Assembly: GCA_030765505.1 (NCBI GenBank)
Contig: JAVCCL010000032.1
Span: 34,807 to 98,806 of the forward strand
DNA length: 64,000 bases
Reading direction: 5' to 3'
DNA from: Candidatus Kaelpia imicola
GTDB taxonomy: Bacteria > Omnitrophota > Gorgyraeia > Kaelpiales > Kaelpiaceae
Below the pieces are notes generated by a model. It saw nothing but the letters and a program-made list of their open reading frames with translations. It was not told the DNA's origin and did no database searches. Made by a program: the position numbers and the translations under genes. Below are positions 58,096 through 64,000 of the stretch, in pieces; positions within the stretch are counted from its first letter, which is position 1, and each line of letters starts with the position of its first letter.

Positions 58096-60234
58096 ATGAA
58101 AAATTTTAAGTTAAAAAAATATCGATTCAACTGTATCATCACTCTCATAATATTTTTGTTTAATTTGAACGTGGCATTCGCAAGAAGGATACAGGATGTA
58201 GAGACTTCTTTTCCTAACAGTGTCGTTGATATAGTAGATGAAGCCAGGAGAAAAGGTGTCACTGTTTTATTCATTGGGCCACAATCACCTTTAATTGTAG
58301 ATTCTGCAATACTGGCAGCTCGAATTGAACAGCAGCCGCTAATATTTATACCTAGCCGTAATCAGGTTGATATGGACGAATTTGGTGGTGGGTATGTGGA
58401 AGGTTGGAATCAAGAACGTTTCGTAGGATTTGTAAGGCAACGCATGCAAGAATTAGGAGCTAGCGATGTTCCCGTTTATTTTTATCGTGATCATAGTGGA
58501 CCTTGGCAAAGAGATGAAGAGTTTAGAGAGGCGATTTCTGCTGAGGAAGCTATGCAGCGAGCTAAAATGTCGCTTCTTGCAGATTTGAAAGCGGGTTTTA
58601 ATGTACTTCATATAGATGCTAGTAGAAGTCCTCATAGTTCTGAGTGTGTTGAGTTAGGTAAGGTACAAGAAATGTTGATGTTACAGAGAACAGTTGAACT
58701 GATTGAATATGTTGAAAACCAACGTTGTACGCTAGGATTACCAGCTATTCAATATGAGGTTAGGGGAGAAAGGAAATATTGGGACCAAAGTATGATTGAA
58801 ATAACAGAACGTTTTTTAGTCTCTTTAAAAAGACTTCTTGAACTACGGGGTTTAAATCAAGACCTGATAGGATTTGTTACTGTTAATCCTTCTCCTTTAA
58901 GAGAGCGAGGTACTAGCCAAGCTGTACTAGATGAGGATTTTGTTCAACGATTGGCTGCTTCGATTAATGAGCAAGGTTATTATGTCAAATATCACAACGG
59001 TGATTTTATGGATCCATCTGATCGCGAAAAACTATCTTCATTAGGAGTGTATACACTAAATGTTGCACCGGAAGTTCCAGTAGTGCAAACACGTGCTTTA
59101 TTAGCTTTGGCAGATGAAGAAACGCGCATTTTAGAAAATGTTGCCAACAACGGTCTTGTTCCATCTCATTTGCGAGAGGTTATTACTGAGGCTGTATTTT
59201 TAGATGGTCGTTGGAAAAAATGGGTTCCACTTACAGAAGGCTGGAGTGAGGAAGATGTTAGATCTGATCATGCAAAATTAAAAGAAGTCGTTGAATTCAA
59301 TGCTCACTATTCCTATGGAGATAGTGAGGTGCAAGGAGCTCTGAGACTGTTAGAGCAGAATATGAATAGTTTACGATACGAAAACTATTTGCAGTTATTT
59401 ATACAAAGCAGAATCATCACAAAAATTATGGATTTTTATGAGTCATTGGATGGTATAACTCAGGTGCAATCCAGTCAGCATTCTTATGATATTTATGGAG
59501 ATAAAATAATTAGCAATGTAGAAGCTATAAGAGAGATACAAGAAAATACTGGTATTAGTCGACCAATAACAGTTGCTATTACTGGAGATATGGCAGCAGG
59601 TAAAACAACATTTGTCAACGGTGATGGAGATTTAAATATACAAGGACTCAAGAAGCGTTTAGAAGATAAAGGGCATACAGTTGTTTTGATAGATGACGAA
59701 ATGTTCTTGGAAAGCAGAGAAACACGACTGTTAGGACAATCATCTTTAGATACTAATGATCGTAACTTTGATTTTTTATACTTTCAACATCTTTTCGATC
59801 AGAATGCAATGCAATATTTGTTTGAAGAATTAGGTTCGTTCATAAGGGGCAGTCAAGCTATCTTATCAGTGCCTTTTCAAATATATGATCGAACAACAGG
59901 AAGACGTGGTCGAAACATAAATTTTAATATACCTCGCGATGCCGTAATAATATATTCAGGAGTAATGCTTAATCATTTGCCTCATGAGGTAGGTTTTGAT
60001 ATCTCTGTTTCAATGGAGTATAATATGCAGGATACAGATGAAGTTTTAGCTCGTATTCTTCAACGTGAAAGTAGAAAACCAAGTATGAATCAAATAAGTA
60101 GAGAAGAACTGTTGCAGAGAATCCGATATGATTTAGCTGCTTATAGACTTTATAGAATAAAATTTCCTTTCCAAGGTGATTATATAATAGATGTAAGCTC
60201 ATTTGAAGAGCCAATTTTAATCAACAACCTATAA
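58096..60234 (+). CDS. fusion protein: FARR-type leader, GatZ/KbaZ-like (tagatose-bisphosphate aldolase accessory fold) domain, C-terminal P-loop kinase (uridine kinase/PRK-like)
   Basis: Leader MKNFKLKKYRFNCIITLIIFLFNLNVAFA|RR. LFIGPQSPLIVDSAILAARIEQQPLIFIPSRNQVDMDEFGGGYVEGWNQERFVGFV...YRDHSGPWQRDEE...AGFNVLHIDASR aligns block-by-block with E. coli GatZ. C-terminal Walker A ITGDMAAGKTTFV, then VVLIDDEMF. Confidence 0.6.
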   Translation: MKNFKLKKYRFNCIITLIIFLFNLNVAFARRIQDVETSFPNSVVDIVDEARRKGVTVLFIGPQSPLIVDSAILAARIEQQPLIFIPSRNQVDMDEFGGGYVEGWNQERFVGFVRQRMQELGASDVPVYFYRDHSGPWQRDEEFREAISAEEAMQRAKMSLLADLKAGFNVLHIDASRSPHSSECVELGKVQEMLMLQRTVELIEYVENQRCTLGLPAIQYEVRGERKYWDQSMIEITERFLVSLKRLLELRGLNQDLIGFVTVNPSPLRERGTSQAVLDEDFVQRLAASINEQGYYVKYHNGDFMDPSDREKLSSLGVYTLNVAPEVPVVQTRALLALADEETRILENVANNGLVPSHLREVITEAVFLDGRWKKWVPLTEGWSEEDVRSDHAKLKEVVEFNAHYSYGDSEVQGALRLLEQNMNSLRYENYLQLFIQSRIITKIMDFYESLDGITQVQSSQHSYDIYGDKIISNVEAIREIQENTGISRPITVAITGDMAAGKTTFVNGDGDLNIQGLKKRLEDKGHTVVLIDDEMFLESRETRLLGQSSLDTNDRNFDFLYFQHLFDQNAMQYLFEELGSFIRGSQAILSVPFQIYDRTTGRRGRNINFNIPRDAVIIYSGVMLNHLPHEVGFDISVSMEYNMQDTDEVLARILQRESRKPSMNQISREELLQRIRYDLAAYRLYRIKFPFQGDYIIDVSSFEEPILINNL

Positions 60235-60249
60235 AATTCTGTCTGTTTT

Positions 60250-61460
60250 AAGCATCATAATAAGATCCTACCTGTGCAAAAATTTACTCATTCTCTATAA
60301 TAATGTCTAATAATCCCACCCAGCCTTGATTCACATTTAACCCTGCCGTCTAAATTCTTTGACCTATATCTTATTGGCATATTATTCAGTGCCGAATGCG
60401 GCCTTACGGTATTGTAATATTTAACGTACTCCTTAACCAAATACCTAAAATGCCTCTCTCCAAACACAAAGAAATAATCCAAACATTCTCTCTTTATCGT
60501 TCCCACCCACCCTTCTGCATAAGGGTTTAAATTAGGTGATCTATAGGGAATCTTCTTTACCCTCACTCCGTATTCTTCGATTATCCTGTCAAATTCCTTG
60601 GAATATTTCCCGTCTCCGTCTCTTATCAGAAGCTTTCTGTCCGATTCCTTACCTGTTTCAAATAAAAAAGATACACTTCTTGCTCTGTTAGTTACCCATT
60701 CCCTGTTAGGATGTTTGGTAATTCCTGCAATATGAACTTTCCTTGTATGCACATTAATAAAGAATAACGCATGGAGGCTCTTTGGCCCCGCCATTGTCCA
60801 TACGGTCTTTGTAAAGAAGTCACAAGCCCAGAGGGTCTTAACGTGCCTTTTGATAAAATCATCCCAGGTATCCTCAGTTCTTTTGGGAGTCGGATCAAGC
60901 CCGTTCTCTTTTAAGATATTCTTTATGGTATTTCGTGATAGGCAGTATATCCTCAGCTTCTTAATCTCACCTAATATTCTTGTATAACCCCAGTTGTTCT
61001 CTTTGGCCAGCTTTCTGATCTCTTGTTTGGTTCTTGGCCTTCCTCTTTTGGGGCTTTGTTTTCCCTGAGGCTCTCTGCCTTTAACCCATCTTCTAAAACT
61101 GGAATAACTGACAATAGAAATCAATTTCTGTATATCACCTTTTAAAGGAAGGCCATATTTAATGAGCCTTCTCTTTTCAGTCGGGGTAATAATGATACGG
61201 CCTTTGATTTTCTTACGCAGGATCTGGTTTTCTACCTTAAGGTATTCTATCTGCCTGATCAACCGGCTATGCACTAAGTGCTCTAAAAGAAACAAAAACT
61301 TTTGAAAAAGCCTGCCGTTCGTGTTATAAAAGCACTTGCTTGACATGTTTACCTCCTTGAAATTGCACCGTTTTGGTTAAATGTCCACCCCATGAGGCTG
61401 GACATCTTGCAACTGTTTGAAAACAAAAGAGTTATTCAAATTGACTCTCCAAAATACCGG
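60250..61460 (-). mobile_element. IS481-like insertion sequence (boundaries approximate; inverted repeats not resolved)
   Basis: Transposase ORF with short flanks. Terminal IRs could not be identified confidently by eye. Confidence 0.35.
60288..61346 (-). CDS. IS481-family DDE transposase (rve integrase core)
   Basis: N-terminal HTH/leucine-zipper (LIRQIEYLKVENQILRKKI) fused to a DDE core (...HTRKVHIAGITKHPNREWV...LIRDGDGKYSKEFDRIIEEYGVRVKKIPYRSPNLNPYAEGWVGTIKRECLDYF...). Single-ORF architecture typical of IS481. Confidence 0.85.
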   Translation of the reverse strand: MSSKCFYNTNGRLFQKFLFLLEHLVHSRLIRQIEYLKVENQILRKKIKGRIIITPTEKRRLIKYGLPLKGDIQKLISIVSYSSFRRWVKGREPQGKQSPKRGRPRTKQEIRKLAKENNWGYTRILGEIKKLRIYCLSRNTIKNILKENGLDPTPKRTEDTWDDFIKRHVKTLWACDFFTKTVWTMAGPKSLHALFFINVHTRKVHIAGITKHPNREWVTNRARSVSFLFETGKESDRKLLIRDGDGKYSKEFDRIIEEYGVRVKKIPYRSPNLNPYAEGWVGTIKRECLDYFFVFGERHFRYLVKEYVKYYNTVRPHSALNNMPIRYRSKNLDGRVKCESRLGGIIRHYYRE

Positions 61461-61881
61461 ACAAAATTGGACAAATTTACCACCTTTTAGCCGTATTCTC
61501 TTAATTTTTGCCCCCTGGAACCATTAGCCTGTTAAATACAAGTTCGAGCCTCTTGCGGGGCGGTGATAATGCTACTAAAACAACCTCTCTGAATTGGCAT
61601 ATAATCCGATATATCTGGTTATATAGCGCATATCTATAAGCCCAGGAATCAGAGATATAATTATAACTAATATTTGCACGGGGAGCCAGTTACTTATCGT
61701 AGCCGGGGATTTTTTATAGGGAAAATGTTTTTCTCGCAGTAGAAATACAGAGTTCGGATTTTTACCCGAATTGACCCCCCTTATTCAGATATCCGAACTT
61801 TTTTGTTTCTTGACTTTTTGGTTTGGAAATGGTTATATTTATATAACCATTTAGTTATTTGGTTGTGAAAGGGTGTTTTTT

Positions 61882-62223
61882 ATGAAAGATTTGGATGTTA
61901 TCTTTAAGGCGTTGGCTGATGTTAATAGGGTGAGGATTTTGAAACTTCTCGGCAGGCGCAGGATGTGTGTTTGTGAGCTTGCGTTTGTTTTGGGGGTTTC
62001 TCAGCCTGCTGTGTCGAAGCAGCTTAAGAAAATGGTAAAGGCTGGTTTGGTTGATTGTGAGCAGGACGGGTTTTGGACTAATTATTTCATTAGCCCAAAG
62101 AATCTTTACGCAAAGAAGCTGTTGACAATACTGAGTCAGTGGTTAAATGATGAAAAAATGATAATTGATGATTTGAAGAAAACAGAGAAAGCTAATAGAG
62201 AAAAGCTCTGCTGCAAGAAGTAA
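61882..62223 (+). CDS. ArsR/SmtB-family transcriptional regulator
   Basis: VNRVRILKLLGRRRMCVCELAFVLGVSQPAVSKQLKKMVKAGLV: winged HTH with a Cys pair in the metal-sensing position. Confidence 0.8.
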   Translation: MKDLDVIFKALADVNRVRILKLLGRRRMCVCELAFVLGVSQPAVSKQLKKMVKAGLVDCEQDGFWTNYFISPKNLYAKKLLTILSQWLNDEKMIIDDLKKTEKANREKLCCKK

Positions 62224-62260
62224 ATATTTTTTTGCAAAAATTATATAACCAAATGGAAAT

Positions 62261-63445
62261 ATGGAGACAAGGATGAAGGAAAGAGATAGGTTTTTGTTGA
62301 TGTTTGCAGCTTTTTTGGGATGTTTTTATCTGCCTGTGGAGCTTCTGCCTTTCAGAAATCCTGTCTTTGAATCTCTTGCATTGGTTCGGTGGTATGCACG
62401 TGAGCATGTTTTGCTTTGTCTTGTTCCTGCCTTCTTTATTGCGGGTGCTATCTCGGTTTTTGTAAGTCAGGCATCAGTGATTAAGTATTTTGGCGCAGAA
62501 GCCAAAAAGGTATTAGCTTATAGCGTTGCTTCTGTTTCGGGGACTATTCTTGCTGTTTGTTCCTGCACGGTTCTTCCGTTGTTTTCCGGTATTTATAAGA
62601 AAGGGGCTGGTTTGGGGCCTGCTGTTGCTTTTCTTTATTCTGGGCCAGCTATTAATGTTTTGGCCATAATAATGACTGCTCGAATTCTCGGTTGGCAGTT
62701 AGGCGTAGCCAGAGCCATAGGAGCTATTGTATTTAGTGTGGTTGTTGGGCTTTTGATGCATCTCATATTTCTTAAGGAAGAGCGTGCGAGACAGGTTAGC
62801 GGAAAGTTTCAGTTTGGTAAAGAAAAGGAAGCACGGCCTCTTTGGAAGAACGGGATGTATTTTTTCTCTATGGTCGCAGTCCTTGTTTTCGCTAATTGGG
62901 GAAAGCCTCAGACTGGTGATGCTGGCTGGTGGGCTGTTGTTTTTGGTTCGAAGTGGGTGATTACGCTTGTTTTTTTGTCTCTTTTGGGCTTTATGCTGTT
63001 TCGGTGGTTTAAGAAAAACGAGCTTAAAGAATGGACTGGTTCGTCATGGTCTTTTGCAAAGCAGATTATGCCTCTTCTCCTTGCCGGCGTTCTTGTAGCG
63101 GGTCTTCTTCTGGGAAGGCCGGGGTATGAGGGTTTGATCCCGTCTCGGCTTATTGAAATGCTTGTTGGCGGCAATTCGTTGTCTGCTAATTTTTTTGCTT
63201 CGATTGTCGGGGCGTTCATGTATTTTGCCACCTTGACTGAGGTTCCGATTTTGCAGGGACTTATAGGTGCAGGTATGGGGAAAGGGCCGGCATTAGCTCT
63301 TTTGCTTGCTGGGCCTGCTTTGAGTCTTCCTAACATGCTTGTTATCAGGGGTGTGATTGGCACAAAGAAGACGGTTGTTTACGTAAGCTTGGTCGTTGTC
63401 ATGGCAACAATAAGCGGAATTATTTTTGGAATTATTGCAGGATAA
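62261..63445 (+). CDS. ArsP/DUF318-family permease (CSC-motif membrane permease)
   Basis: Polytopic. AVCSCTVLPLFSGIYKKGAGLGPAVAFLYSGPAINVL matches the ArsP T-P-F-C-S-C-S motif region. Confidence 0.65.
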   Translation: METRMKERDRFLLMFAAFLGCFYLPVELLPFRNPVFESLALVRWYAREHVLLCLVPAFFIAGAISVFVSQASVIKYFGAEAKKVLAYSVASVSGTILAVCSCTVLPLFSGIYKKGAGLGPAVAFLYSGPAINVLAIIMTARILGWQLGVARAIGAIVFSVVVGLLMHLIFLKEERARQVSGKFQFGKEKEARPLWKNGMYFFSMVAVLVFANWGKPQTGDAGWWAVVFGSKWVITLVFLSLLGFMLFRWFKKNELKEWTGSSWSFAKQIMPLLLAGVLVAGLLLGRPGYEGLIPSRLIEMLVGGNSLSANFFASIVGAFMYFATLTEVPILQGLIGAGMGKGPALALLLAGPALSLPNMLVIRGVIGTKKTVVYVSLVVVMATISGIIFGIIAG

Positions 63446-63463
63446 AAATAGGAGGAAATAAAG

Positions 63464-63694
63464 ATGAAGATTGAGATTTTAGGCATGGGTTGTCCAAAAT
63501 GCAAACAGCTCTTTGATAATGCCGAGAAAGCTTTAAATGAATTGGGCATTGAGGCGGAATTGGTCAAGGTTGAGGATATGGATAAAATAACGGAGTATGG
63601 CGTTATGACTACGCCTGCTTTGGTTGTTGATGGAAAAGTTAAGGTTGCTGGCAAGGTGCCTTCGAGCGATGAGATTAAGGGGCTGCTTTCATAA
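63464..63694 (+). CDS. thioredoxin-fold redox-active disulfide protein (small, CPKC)
   Basis: MKIEILGMGCPKCKQL...VMTTPALVVDGKV: redox-active disulfide protein 2 family. Confidence 0.75.
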   Translation: MKIEILGMGCPKCKQLFDNAEKALNELGIEAELVKVEDMDKITEYGVMTTPALVVDGKVKVAGKVPSSDEIKGLLS

Positions 63695-63709
63695 AAAGAG
63701 GTAATTGAA

Positions 63710-64000
63710 ATGTCTGAAAAATGTGGTTGTGAAACAAACAAGGTTTTGGTGTTTCCCTGCTCGGGGGGTGCTGATGTGGGTGCCCTTTCTGATGCTGTTG
63801 CAAGAAAGTTGTCAAAGGACGGAAAAGCAAAGATGTTCTGTCTTGCAGGGATTGGCGCTCACGTTGACGGAATGATTGAATCTGCCAAATCAGCAGATAA
63901 GATAATCTCTATTGACGGCTGTCCAGCGATGTGTGCAAGAAGGCTTCTTGAGCATGCAGGATTTGTCCCTGAGCCTTATGTCCTTAAGCAGTTCGGTTTT
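63710..64000 (+). CDS. DGC-domain putative zinc-binding protein (3' partial at window end)
   Basis: MSEKCGCETNKVLVFPCSGGADVGALSD...IDGCPAMCARRLLE: Cys-rich DGC-type motifs. Runs off the window. Confidence 0.45.
   Translation, partial: MSEKCGCETNKVLVFPCSGGADVGALSDAVARKLSKDGKAKMFCLAGIGAHVDGMIESAKSADKIISIDGCPAMCARRLLEHAGFVPEPYVLKQFGF

Noticed and set aside
62908-63363. 151-aa minus-strand ORF inside the ArsP-like permease gene
   Set aside because: Antisense shadow of a polytopic membrane protein gene; Pro/Arg-rich low-complexity translation.

Overview
This is an AT-rich bacterial window, and several genes point to a Gram-negative (diderm) host: LptE-like and BamD/YbgF-like lipoproteins, Lnt, SecA with a C-terminal zinc finger, sigma-54, MurJ and FeoAB. 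A housekeeping backbone (rdgB fragment, cca, carB, U32 peptidase, rpsT, murJ, uvrC, ogt-like, prfB with programmed +1 frameshift, secA, lnt, lptE-holA) is interrupted by three accessory regions.

(1) Region 1.2-19.3 kb holds a tightly packed, same-strand operon. It encodes two giant proteins (1524 aa and 2402 aa), an S8 subtilase with a long C-terminal extension, a membrane protein with a degenerate C39-like fold, and an acidic secreted protein. The 2402-aa protein contains a complete but divergent SecA-like DEAD motor (Walker A GEGKT, Walker B DEVD, NBD2 GRGIDI, plus arginine-rich segment GRAKRGGRPG). The motor lies downstream of an N-terminal TM anchor, a ~900-aa acidic extracytoplasmic region and a Gly/Ala-rich hydrophobic module. 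This is separate from the canonical secA at 51.1 kb. It is the most likely candidate for a previously undescribed, dedicated export or injection system.

(2) Region 29.0-34.4 kb is a tRNA-Ser(GGA) island. The tRNA 3' core is repeated three times, and two tandem cassettes each start with an identical promoter plus signal-peptide leader ending in the motif [SA]FARR but carry unrelated mature domains. A gene in this island is interrupted by an in-frame TAA.

(3) Region 55.4-61.5 kb carries a duplicated terminator-promoter module, three leader-bearing enzymes (a lipoprotein, a PMI-like bicupin, and a GatZ-like plus P-loop kinase fusion) and an IS481-family transposase, followed by an ArsR/ArsP-like/thioredoxin-like cluster.

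Other features: an rpoN / sigma-54 activator / LysW-like ribbon cluster convergent with a PilZ gene; a TviB/TviC/UXS surface-glycan cluster; two long poly-G tracts (G10, G9) placed to act as phase-variation switches; and a prfB frameshift site that uses UAA instead of UGA.
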